DNA of 61,567 nucleotides from a virus (lineage: Duplodnaviria > Caudoviricetes). The stretch is taken from the IMG/VR virus record IMGVR_UViG_3300030108_005279, positions 1 through 61,567 of that record. One strand, written 5' to 3'. The notes below the pieces were generated by a model. The model saw nothing but the letters and a program-made list of their open reading frames with translations. It did no database searches and had not been told where the DNA came from. The position numbers were made by a program, and so were the translations under genes. Of this stretch, positions 29,401-37,025 are shown piece after piece (the first letter of the stretch is position 1; each line of letters opens with the position of its first letter).

Positions 29401-29490
29401 TTATTTATAATTGTATAGGAGTTGTGCTTCAGCGTAGATGATCGTCAAGAAAATCACGCTTGCAGCGAGTATTTCTATGACAGTTAACAT
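29401..29490 (-). CDS. 29-aa hydrophobic single-TM peptide
   Basis: MLTVIEILAASVIFLTIIYAEAQLLYNYK; starts 1 nt after the DUF4278 stop; GGAGG RBS. Confidence 0.6.
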   Translation of the reverse strand: MLTVIEILAASVIFLTIIYAEAQLLYNYK

Positions 29491-29491
29491 G

Positions 29492-29635
29492 CTACTTGCC
29501 TCCTGCTACTGTTCTTACAACCTTGAGACCACGATACATTAGATCATGATTTCGAGCTTGCTCAGCTTCGGCAAGCACTTTTGCGTTGTATTCCTTAGAG
29601 TCGTACTGAACTCCTCTGTATGTGACTTGTGCCAT
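29492..29635 (-). CDS. DUF4278-family small protein, 47 aa
   Basis: MAQVTYRGVQYD...LMYRGLKV (two YRG motifs); AGGAG RBS; downstream of a glutamine riboswitch as known for DUF4278 genes. Confidence 0.85.
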   Translation of the reverse strand: MAQVTYRGVQYDSKEYNAKVLAEAEQARNHDLMYRGLKVVRTVAGGK

Positions 29636-29694
29636 TTGGTTTCTCCTAAAGTAATTGGACTTTGCACCTTTAACTCTTTCGAGTGATCCGTGTT

Positions 29695-29740
29695 CCCGTT
29701 CCTTCAGTCGGCTTTTGCGTCTCCCGTAGGAGATGAACGA
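29695..29740 (-). ncRNA. glnA-type (glutamine-I) riboswitch aptamer 2
   Basis: CGTTC-A-TCTCC(TACG)GGAGA-CGCAAAAGCCGACTGAAG-GAACG: P1 CGUUC/GAACG, P2 hairpin and junction as in cyanophage glnA RNAs. Confidence 0.85.
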
Positions 29741-29743
29741 ATC

Positions 29744-29969
29744 CGTTCCGAGTCGGCTTACTTGCGTCTTATGGTTCAAAATTACATGATTCTTCTACTT
29801 TAGTTTTAAAGTAGTTTATCAAATCTGACTTTGATTGTTCATCAAGATATTCATCTTGTCGAACCTCTGAGGTCAAATCTTTCCACCCCTCACACTTAAT
29901 AGTCCAATGAACTGGTTCGTGGTTTGCAAGTAGAAATGCTGATAGTAAGACTTCCATAAGATGAACGAT
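29744..29969 (-). ncRNA. glnA-type glutamine riboswitch aptamer 1 with a 179-nt, ORF-containing P2 loop
   Basis: ATCGTTC-A-TCTTATGG (29961-29954)...CCATAAGA (29774-29767)-CGCAAGTAAGCCGACTCG-GAACG; perfect 8-bp P2 and 5-bp P1. Confidence 0.75.
29769..29957 (-). CDS. 62-aa hypothetical protein nested in the riboswitch P2 loop
   Basis: MEVLLSAFLLANHEPVHWTIKCEGWKD...EESCNFEP; hydrophobic N-terminus, two Cys; no obvious SD. Confidence 0.65.
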   Translation of the reverse strand: MEVLLSAFLLANHEPVHWTIKCEGWKDLTSEVRQDEYLDEQSKSDLINYFKTKVEESCNFEP

Positions 29970-29975
29970 GTGTCT

Positions 29976-30004
29976 ATATTAACACATTCATAGTATATAG
30001 GCAA
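29976..30004 (-). promoter_or_regulatory. Sigma70-type promoter for the riboswitch transcript
   Basis: TTGCCT (30004-29999)-N17-TAATAT (29981-29976) with extended TG; predicted start near 29969, the first nt of aptamer 1. Confidence 0.6.
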
Positions 30005-30010
30005 GAACTT

Positions 30011-30028
30011 TTGTAATTTGTGTTACAA
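30011..30028. promoter_or_regulatory. NtcA binding site
   Basis: TTGTA-ATTTGTGT-TACAA = GTA-N8-TAC with palindromic flanks. Confidence 0.7.
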
Positions 30029-30113
30029 TTTAATAATTTATTTAGATTTAAACAAAAATTAAACTGTTTTTAATCTAAATAATGGGTTTGACTGTCGTAA
30101 AAACCCTACAGAC

Positions 30114-30145
30114 AAAAAAATTGCCGCGATTTTTTTGCGGCGATA
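30114..30145 (-). terminator. Probable rho-independent terminator
   Basis: Minus strand ATCGCCGC-AAAAAAATC-GCGGCAAT-TTTTTT after the 30172 gene. Confidence 0.55.
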
Positions 30146-30171
30146 TATGGAATTAAAAGTTGATTTTGGTT

Positions 30172-30525
30172 TTACTTCTTTTTTTTACCCTTTGGATTCT
30201 TTGATTGATATCCCCACAACTTCGCACTGATTTTACCATTACCAAATTCAATTGACTTTAAATCACCTTTAAACTTATCATAGTACATATCAAATAACGA
30301 AGTGCGACTTCCTCTTGTCAGGTCATATCTTAATTCACCATCTGCCATGTATGATACGACTTGTGCATCATTCGGTGCATTGTTAGTCATTGCTTCTTTA
30401 AATGTGACGTTTGTCATCAGAATTTCACATCCATACTGAGTCTTTGTATTTTCTTTTTCAGTTGGTGTCCAAAATTCCATCTTTGTTTTTGCTTTTGGTT
30501 TTGCTTTGAGTTCTTGTTTTGCCAT
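30172..30525 (-). CDS. Conserved cyanophage hypothetical protein
   Basis: YGCEIL...PNDA...YDLTR...LFDMYYDKF...KLWGY; ATG 30525 coupled to the upstream stop. Confidence 0.75.
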   Translation of the reverse strand: MAKQELKAKPKAKTKMEFWTPTEKENTKTQYGCEILMTNVTFKEAMTNNAPNDAQVVSYMADGELRYDLTRGSRTSLFDMYYDKFKGDLKSIEFGNGKISAKLWGYQSKNPKGKKKK

Positions 30526-31124
30526 TACGAACGACCTCCCCATTGTATATCTGGATATGCCTCTGCTACTACTTCTTTTGTAATCTTATAGACTTCACCA
30601 AGTTTTTTATCCTTGCACAATGTTATAATTTCTGCTTCCAATGGATGTAATCCTTGAAGTATATTGATAAACATTGTCTCTCTTCTCATCTGATTCATCG
30701 AATCTTCACCACCCTTGATGAATCTATAAAAATGTTTTGCCTCTCTACGAATTGTGGTATGTCCTTGTTGATCAGCAGCTCCAAGTGAAAATGAACCTGT
30801 TTCATGCATGTTACGAACTTCTAAGTCCATCTTTTTGGTAAGAGTTCCGCTATAAGAATTTGTTTCATCAAATCCTGCGTAAGGCACTTCACCATCAGGC
30901 AACATACTTACAACACTTTCATCAAAGTTCCATATCAATACAATCTTTAATGATAAATCCTCATGTTTCTTGAGTGCTTCAATTTTCTTTGCTTTTGATC
31001 TCTGTCGAGATACTAAGTCAAAAACTTCAAAAGCAAATGGATTACGTGGTAACTCTAAACTTGGTTTAGTTTTAACTGTAAAAGATTTTGCCTTTTTAGT
31101 TGATGTCTTCTTCGTCGTAGTCAT
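30525..31124 (-). CDS. Conserved T4-like phage hypothetical protein
   Basis: WNFDESV.S.LP.G.VPY...RRETMFINILQGLHP.EAE...AYPDIQWGGRS. Confidence 0.8.
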   Translation of the reverse strand: MTTTKKTSTKKAKSFTVKTKPSLELPRNPFAFEVFDLVSRQRSKAKKIEALKKHEDLSLKIVLIWNFDESVVSMLPDGEVPYAGFDETNSYSGTLTKKMDLEVRNMHETGSFSLGAADQQGHTTIRREAKHFYRFIKGGEDSMNQMRRETMFINILQGLHPLEAEIITLCKDKKLGEVYKITKEVVAEAYPDIQWGGRS

Positions 31125-31317
31125 AATTTTCAAATCTAAATGCGATGATTTCGTCAGGGACTAAATTACCATTTTCATCTAACATTTCTGGATGAGGTCT
31201 TGGAATTTCACGATAGTTTAACATGTAATCCCTTGCTATCCAACCACCCAACAATCCTACTGAAAATAATAAGAGTGATATTGGTAACACCAATACTAAT
31301 ACGGTTTCTAAAGTCAT
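31096..31317 (-). CDS. Small membrane protein
   Basis: N-terminal TM helix, HPEMLDENGNLVPDEIIAFRFEN; GGAGGT RBS. Confidence 0.75.
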   Translation of the reverse strand: MTLETVLVLVLPISLLLFSVGLLGGWIARDYMLNYREIPRPHPEMLDENGNLVPDEIIAFRFENYDYDEEDIN

Positions 31318-31334
31318 AATACCTCCGAAGTTGA

Positions 31335-31550
31335 TTAGTCTTTTTTGATGTCAAGTGAAAACTCAAAATTAATTGTAATCTTTCGATTAAGTAAAACTAA
31401 AATCTTATGAAGATTAACTTCAAATGTTTTCTTTAGTTTTCTTTTTCCCCCACTAAGAATGAGTTCAACACCACGATCAGAATAATCGTTTGTCTTATTT
31501 ATGTTAAGAAGCGATGACTCTTTTTTCTTTGAGGAATTGAATTGTTTCAA
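31335..31550 (-). CDS. Hypothetical protein, start uncertain
   Basis: Fills the gap between glutaredoxin and the next gene; the 5' part overlaps glutaredoxin. Confidence 0.4.
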   Translation of the reverse strand: MKQFNSSKKKESSLLNINKTNDYSDRGVELILSGGKRKLKKTFEVNLHKILVLLNRKITINFEFSLDIKKD

Positions 31551-31746
31551 TAGATCCTCCTAACTTTTTTCCTTCACAACATACTTGTGGAAATGTAGAT
31601 CCTTCACCGAATTCTGCAATAAATTCTTCCTTCGTAAAGTCCTCTCCTAAATTATAGACCACAAATGTGCTACTTGTCAACTCTAATACTTTTTTTACCT
31701 TTTCACAATATGTGCATCCATCTTTTGAGTAGATTACAAAATTCAT
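31504..31746 (-). CDS. nrdC: Glutaredoxin
   Basis: YSKDGCTYC, TFPQV, LGG. Confidence 0.92.
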   Translation of the reverse strand: MNFVIYSKDGCTYCEKVKKVLELTSSTFVVYNLGEDFTKEEFIAEFGEGSTFPQVCCEGKKLGGSIETIQFLKEKRVIAS

Positions 31747-31765
31747 GTGCTTGTTAAAATTTTAT

Positions 31766-33451
31766 TTATTTGTTTTTAGTAATTAAGAAATTATTAATTA
31801 CGAGGAAATCCAAATCAATATTATTAAAAGTACTAACTGCATCTTTTGGTGTTTCAATGATTGGTTGTCCATTGTCATTGAAAGAAGTATTCAATAAAAT
31901 TGGAATACCTGTAAGTTCATTATATTTTTGAAGCAATGTCGTTACTTCTGGATGTAAATCATCATTAACTGTTTGAATACGACAACTAAAATCCTTATGT
32001 GTAATCGCACCAAGTTTTCTTCTTTGATGAGGTCTGACTACTAATGAATACAACATATACTCATTTGGATAAGTTTCTGTAAAATATTCTTCCTGATATT
32101 CTTCAAGCATGATACCTGCAAATGGTCTCCACTCCTCACGATGTTTGATACGAGTGTTGATCATTTCTTTATTTTTTGCAGGAGTTGGATTCATCAGTAT
32201 TGATCTTGAACCAAGTGCTCTCGGACCAAACTCGGATCGATTCTGGAACCAACCTATAATTTTATTATCTGCAAGATGTTTTGCAACAACTTCACATAGT
32301 TCATCAAAATCATCATATTTTTCATATTTTGTATCTACAAGTGCTTCTTCAACTTCAGCATTATCGTATGTTTTACCAAGAAGAGATATATTGTGTGGTA
32401 ACTTAACCACCTCTTTACTCTTAAATAATCCAAGAGCAGCAGCACCAAATGATAAACCAGTATCGTCTGGGAAAGGTGGTATATGTATGTTCTCTGTAAT
32501 ATTATTCTTTCTCAAAACAGAATTTGCAAGTATGTTTAAAAAGACACCACCCGCAAGACAAAGATTATCATTAATATAATCCTTCTCCTTAAGTTCTTTC
32601 ATGTACTCAAGCATTGCATTTTCAAAATTATATTGAAGTTGCTTTGCCTTATTCTCCGGTGAAAGATTACCATAGTTAAAGTCACGACCAGGCAAGGATT
32701 CAAGTGCGACTTGTGGTATGCCTTCAAAATGAGTCCTATAGTCTTTCTTAAATTCTTTGATGTTACCATAGGCAGAGAGACCCATGACCTTACCACAAAA
32801 TGTCTCACGATACTTTGGATCGGTGAGTTGTATATCTTTACCAATCTTATTCACGTAAATATGATATGCCCATAACCAATAATAATTTCCAAAATTATTT
32901 GTCATCGGAATACCTGGATAGTATTTGAATAATCCCTTCTTCTTGTTAAAATATCCAAAGGAATGATTTTCACAAGCAAATATCTGACCTGTTGTATCAA
33001 ACAAAACTGATCCTGCGTTATCAAGTGTCACGAATGATCCTTCATTATAATCACATGAGAACACTGAAGAGTATGCATGACACAAGTGATGTGATGCAAT
33101 TTCAACTCTTGCTTCTGGAAAATATCTTCGAACTTTCTTTTCAACTGTCTTATTAATATAATTTTTATAGAACTGTTGATTTGCCATTGATGGAACTATG
33201 ACTACATCAATATCATTCTTATCCAAGTTTGCAGTGGTCAAACAGTATTCAATCGACTTTCGTGGAAAGTTACCATCATATTTAATACCACTCAATCTCT
33301 CTTCACTAATGCTAACACAATGTTCTCCATCTTTAATCAGAGTCACACTTGCACCATGTGTCCAAGAATCCTCTGATTGTTTCAGTAACTTTGGATTGTC
33401 AGAGATTAAGACATTCCAACCAATCGCACCATAAAGTCCAATTACATTCAT
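31766..33451 (-). CDS. NodU/CmcH-family O-carbamoyltransferase
   Basis: SEERLSGIKY, HHLCHA, GKVMGLSAYG, AGGVFLN, EFGPRALGSRS, KHREEWRPFA, LLNTSFN. Confidence 0.93.
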   Translation of the reverse strand: MNVIGLYGAIGWNVLISDNPKLLKQSEDSWTHGASVTLIKDGEHCVSISEERLSGIKYDGNFPRKSIEYCLTTANLDKNDIDVVIVPSMANQQFYKNYINKTVEKKVRRYFPEARVEIASHHLCHAYSSVFSCDYNEGSFVTLDNAGSVLFDTTGQIFACENHSFGYFNKKKGLFKYYPGIPMTNNFGNYYWLWAYHIYVNKIGKDIQLTDPKYRETFCGKVMGLSAYGNIKEFKKDYRTHFEGIPQVALESLPGRDFNYGNLSPENKAKQLQYNFENAMLEYMKELKEKDYINDNLCLAGGVFLNILANSVLRKNNITENIHIPPFPDDTGLSFGAAALGLFKSKEVVKLPHNISLLGKTYDNAEVEEALVDTKYEKYDDFDELCEVVAKHLADNKIIGWFQNRSEFGPRALGSRSILMNPTPAKNKEMINTRIKHREEWRPFAGIMLEEYQEEYFTETYPNEYMLYSLVVRPHQRRKLGAITHKDFSCRIQTVNDDLHPEVTTLLQKYNELTGIPILLNTSFNDNGQPIIETPKDAVSTFNNIDLDFLVINNFLITKNK

Positions 33452-34350
33452 GATTTGTCAACTGCTTCTATAATTTTATCAAAGTCAAATATCTCATCAT
33501 CCTCATCTACATATGGATACTCTGCTTCCTGACCAGTAAAGTCAAAGTCAAACAATACACTATTCGGTAACTTAAACTTCGCAGGTTTCTTTGCCTGTAT
33601 ATTTGTATGCATATCCCACCCAAATACTTTTGGACTTGTGCCATTCCATAATACAACTGATGGTAATTTAAGTGCTGCAGCAGCATGTTGCATGCAACTA
33701 TCAATTAATATTCTTTTCTCACTATGAAGTAAAAGACTTACCAATTCCATATTAGTCATTGGATCTTTGATTGCTTCAACACCATCTAAGATTTCACTTG
33801 CAGGTTTAGTGACTTGAAATATATGATAATCTTTTTCGTAATGATCGACAAGTTTTTGTGCGAGAACCACAGGCATGTCTCTTGCCCACAGATATGGTCT
33901 TTGTTCCTGATACATACCACCATTAGTCTGAATAACCATGATGGGTTTACCGTTTGCTCGACTTGGCCAGAAATCTTTAGCACCCTTTCTTTGTAAAGGA
34001 TTGAATTTAATTTGTGGCATCTCCCCATTGTAATCAAGATTGTACATCTTACACCAAGATTCAACAAGAGGAAGTTTTTTATTTACGTGGTCAGTTGTGA
34101 AATATGGTTCATTTGCAAAAACCAGTGAGTCCATATTATCAACATACGTTTGATAATAGTAACTTGTGTTACCCATTTGATAGACACGATCCACAAATGG
34201 GAGATTTTGGAATATCTCAATCCAGACACCAGTTACTATCAACTCACGACTCGGAAAGTTGTTCTTAATACACTTTGCAACTGCAGTAGCTGCAATGTGT
34301 TTTCCAAACCCACCTTGTAAATGGAACAAAGAATATTTTTTTTGTGACAT
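33448..34350 (-). CDS. GT-B glycosyltransferase, GT9 (heptosyltransferase)-like
   Basis: GGFGKHIAATAV...NLPFVDRV...ILIDSCMQHAAAALKLPSVVLW resembles the GT9 DSG.MH.AAA motif. Confidence 0.72.
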   Translation of the reverse strand: MSQKKYSLFHLQGGFGKHIAATAVAKCIKNNFPSRELIVTGVWIEIFQNLPFVDRVYQMGNTSYYYQTYVDNMDSLVFANEPYFTTDHVNKKLPLVESWCKMYNLDYNGEMPQIKFNPLQRKGAKDFWPSRANGKPIMVIQTNGGMYQEQRPYLWARDMPVVLAQKLVDHYEKDYHIFQVTKPASEILDGVEAIKDPMTNMELVSLLLHSEKRILIDSCMQHAAAALKLPSVVLWNGTSPKVFGWDMHTNIQAKKPAKFKLPNSVLFDFDFTGQEAEYPYVDEDDEIFDFDKIIEAVDKS

Positions 34351-34372
34351 AATAAAGTATTAGATTATGTAA

Positions 34373-34714
34373 TTACCAAGGAAGTGCTTTATCTACTTCT
34401 GTTGGTGCAGGTGGATTTTTGACTGATTCAATCCACGATTCATGGTTGACTTTTGTGTTTGATGCAGCAAGACCATCTTTCACTGGTGTCCAGTTAAGAA
34501 CTGTGTCTTGTGATAAACTTGCATATGCAACAAATCCTGATGCTCCTGTTCCACCACTTGTATCTAATTGAAATGATTCTTCATTTTCAATAGTAAGTGT
34601 AGATGGATCTGAGTCATCAACTGATACTGTTTTTACAGTGACTTCTGAAACAATATTATCAGAAGTATTTAAGATTGTCAATGCTGATACTGTTTGTGTA
34701 TGTGTAATTGCCAT
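34373..34714 (-). CDS. Hypothetical tail-associated protein
   Basis: FVAYASLSQDTVLNW...LPW ending, as seen next to phage fibre genes. Confidence 0.6.
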   Translation of the reverse strand: MAITHTQTVSALTILNTSDNIVSEVTVKTVSVDDSDPSTLTIENEESFQLDTSGGTGASGFVAYASLSQDTVLNWTPVKDGLAASNTKVNHESWIESVKNPPAPTEVDKALPW

Positions 34715-34735
34715 TTTAAAATTTAACTTTATGTT

Positions 34736-35647
34736 TTATTTATTTGAGAATAGATTATAACTTATTGTTTTTGTTTCTGGTTTTCCACTAATCATCGGTT
34801 GTGATTTGATTTTTGGTTCTTTCCAGAACTCCAGATTTGATCTATTTTGTTCAACAAGATCTATAATTGACTCTGGTAAAATCGTACTTGGAGGTGGAGA
34901 TGTTTTTTTCAAAACTGAATGAACCTCATGCATGTCTGCTAATCCATACACTTCAAGATCTTTTTCCCTATTTTGATTTGATAATCCTTCAAAAGTATGT
35001 TCATAGGATTCTTCACCTAAGAAATTATATATTTTATCCATTTCACCTTGTGGATCATCCATCAAATCATTATAATCAACATAATGAAAACAATCTCTAT
35101 ATCCTTCTTCCACACCTAATTTAAGAGTATGAAGTGAATCATATAGAATACCTCCAGAGTTTAATAAATGCATGCATCGGTTTTCATCATTCATTGGGGT
35201 ATCAGATTTAATTAATACTTCATCAATATAATTAATTTTTGCCTGACCCTCCTTAAAAGGATTTCGATGAACCATTGTCAAAAATGATGTAAGTATCTCA
35301 TCAACTCTCCTGACTGGTACTATAACTTTAAGTTCTTCTGGTTTGATGTAACCTTCAATAAAAGCCATTCTACCAGTCCATGCACGATTTTTATCTATGA
35401 TGATTGGTTTTTCTATATCAGAATAGTAATTTTCAATCACCGATCCTATAACTTCATTTGCTTGATCCGGTTTTGGATATCCCAAATAAAGTTCATTTGT
35501 TAAAAAGTCTTCATGAGCACCAACCATTACACCAAGCACAGGACTTGATGGTCCAGAATAGATTTCTGGATTTTGATTGAGTAAAGTTGACAGTAAAGTA
35601 CTTCCAGAACGTGGAAGACCTGACATAAAATAATATTTCTTTGTCAT
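34736..35647 (-). CDS. PAPS-dependent sulfotransferase
   Basis: GLPRSGSTLLSTLLNQNP (5'-PSB loop), IIDKNRAW, VRRVDEILTSF, VDYNDL...P...KIYNFLG. Confidence 0.9.
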   Translation of the reverse strand: MTKKYYFMSGLPRSGSTLLSTLLNQNPEIYSGPSSPVLGVMVGAHEDFLTNELYLGYPKPDQANEVIGSVIENYYSDIEKPIIIDKNRAWTGRMAFIEGYIKPEELKVIVPVRRVDEILTSFLTMVHRNPFKEGQAKINYIDEVLIKSDTPMNDENRCMHLLNSGGILYDSLHTLKLGVEEGYRDCFHYVDYNDLMDDPQGEMDKIYNFLGEESYEHTFEGLSNQNREKDLEVYGLADMHEVHSVLKKTSPPPSTILPESIIDLVEQNRSNLEFWKEPKIKSQPMISGKPETKTISYNLFSNK

Positions 35648-35668
35648 TCAAATCATTCTCATATGTTT

Positions 35669-35697
35669 ATTATATATTAAGTTTGACAAAATGTCAA
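35669..35697 (-). promoter_or_regulatory. Perfect consensus sigma70 promoter with palindromic -35 region
   Basis: TTGACA-N17-TATAAT; TTGACA-AAA-TGTCAA palindrome at 35683-35697. Confidence 0.85.
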
Positions 35698-35698
35698 T

Positions 35699-35959
35699 CT
35701 ATGAATATGGACTTGTTCCTAAGATGCTTGTATCCCACTGTGCTTTGAGTTCATCTGTTGTAGTTGCAGTTGAAATTCCTGATGCTGCGGGAGCATCTCT
35801 TAATGCATTTTTCTTAGCAACAATATCCGTTGTGCTTGCACCTGTCTCAAGTGCTTTTTGAAATTCAACGTCAAGTTCTGCAAGTTTTGGTGATCTTGCA
35901 TTTCTAATATTTGTTTTATGAATTTCTTTGGCTTTCGCCATATCTACTCCAAATCCCAT
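35699..35959 (-). CDS. Tail fibre assembly/chaperone-like small protein
   Basis: VDMAKAKEIHK..IR.AR...LDVEF...K.ALRDAPA...ELKA.W. Confidence 0.6.
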   Translation of the reverse strand: MGFGVDMAKAKEIHKTNIRNARSPKLAELDVEFQKALETGASTTDIVAKKNALRDAPAASGISTATTTDELKAQWDTSILGTSPYS

Positions 35960-35963
35960 AATT

Positions 35964-36167
35964 TTACTCCGTATAAGTCCAAGCGTTTCTAAAACTTCGA
36001 TCAGTAGGAACTACTGATTTATTTACTATGTATGATGTAGATATACCTGTCGGTACATCCTTTGCCTGTATTTGTTCAACTGTCAAATCACAATTATCTG
36101 CTGGTGTGATGATTGCAATTGAACCGTCATCTTTAGTATAGATAATTCTTTTATCTGAATTAGCCAT
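35964..36167 (-). CDS. Tail-associated small protein
   Basis: KRIIY...IITPA...AKDVP...PTDRSFRNAW; TATAAATA at 36189-36196. Confidence 0.65.
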   Translation of the reverse strand: MANSDKRIIYTKDDGSIAIITPADNCDLTVEQIQAKDVPTGISTSYIVNKSVVPTDRSFRNAWTYTE

Positions 36168-36197
36168 GATTTTTTTATTGTTTTTTTTTATTTATAT

Positions 36198-36605
36198 CTA
36201 AACTTCTGAGGCATCATATACAAGACCATAATTGAAATCACAATCATGTAATGCACCAGAGCCGGTGGAGGGGTTTACAACAGTATTGTTGGCAGTTTCT
36301 ACCTGTGCTGTGGTGCTTGTTATATACATGTTACAGGTATCCGAGTATGAAGCATCAAAAGCATCAGTATTGTAAGAAGCATCAGAAGCACCACAAGGTT
36401 TATGTAAAGTCACACTAAAATTAACAGTGTATTGACCAGTTGCATTATCAGTTATAGATGTGACATTATAACTTTTTGAGATTGCTGGACCTGTCCTTTG
36501 AGCATAGTTCCACCAAACTTTAACTCTCCCATAAACTAATTGCTTCGGAGTTGATGGGTGTGTATTGTCTGTATTTTGAATTGTATTGACTTTAAGTGTT
36601 GACAT
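36198..36605 (-). CDS. Small fibre-tip-like protein, paralog 3
   Basis: MSTLKVNTIQ...GRVKVWWNYAQR...SYNVTSITD...LHDCDFNYG. Confidence 0.75.
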   Translation of the reverse strand: MSTLKVNTIQNTDNTHPSTPKQLVYGRVKVWWNYAQRTGPAISKSYNVTSITDNATGQYTVNFSVTLHKPCGASDASYNTDAFDASYSDTCNMYITSTTAQVETANNTVVNPSTGSGALHDCDFNYGLVYDASEV

Positions 36606-36606
36606 A

Positions 36607-37023
36607 TCAGTTTGAATCTAAAATAAATCCATAATTGAAATCACAATCATGTAAAGCACCTGAACCAGTAGGAGCAGAAGCAGCACTCATATTCATAGTT
36701 TCGACTTCAGCATATGTATTTGTTGCATATAAGTTAGTCACATCTGAATATTGACTATCAAAAGCATCATCATTATAAGAAGCCGAAGTGGCACCACAAG
36801 GATTTATACAAGTAATAGCGAAATTTACAGTGTACTGTCCAGTTGCCTCATCAGTTATGGATGATACATTAAAACTGTTTTCAATTCCTAAGTTTGACAT
36901 TGATGGACCAGATCGTTGAGCATAATTCCACCAAACTTTTGCTCTTCCCTTCGATAATTCTTCAGGAGTTGAGGTTGAAATACCACTTGTACTTTTAAGT
37001 GTGCTGACTTTAAGTATTGACAT
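36607..37023 (-). CDS. Small fibre-tip-like protein, paralog 2
   Basis: GRAKVWWNYAQR...SFNVSSITD...LHDCDFNYG. Confidence 0.75.
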   Translation of the reverse strand: MSILKVSTLKSTSGISTSTPEELSKGRAKVWWNYAQRSGPSMSNLGIENSFNVSSITDEATGQYTVNFAITCINPCGATSASYNDDAFDSQYSDVTNLYATNTYAEVETMNMSAASAPTGSGALHDCDFNYGFILDSN

Positions 37024-37025
37024 TT

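Noticed and set aside
29492-29779. 95-aa track version of the DUF4278 ORF, or a frameshift fusion with the nested ORF
   Set aside because: The extension starts at a TTG and runs through the aptamers; a good RBS precedes ATG 29635 and no convincing slippery site is present
31504-31746. Glutaredoxin as a dedicated redox partner for the Cys-rich fibres
   Set aside because: A common T4-like core gene; adjacency to the cassette alone is not evidence
35699-36167. Two small ORFs as a split pseudogene
   Set aside because: Both are intact with ATG starts and a 4-nt gap; nothing indicates decay
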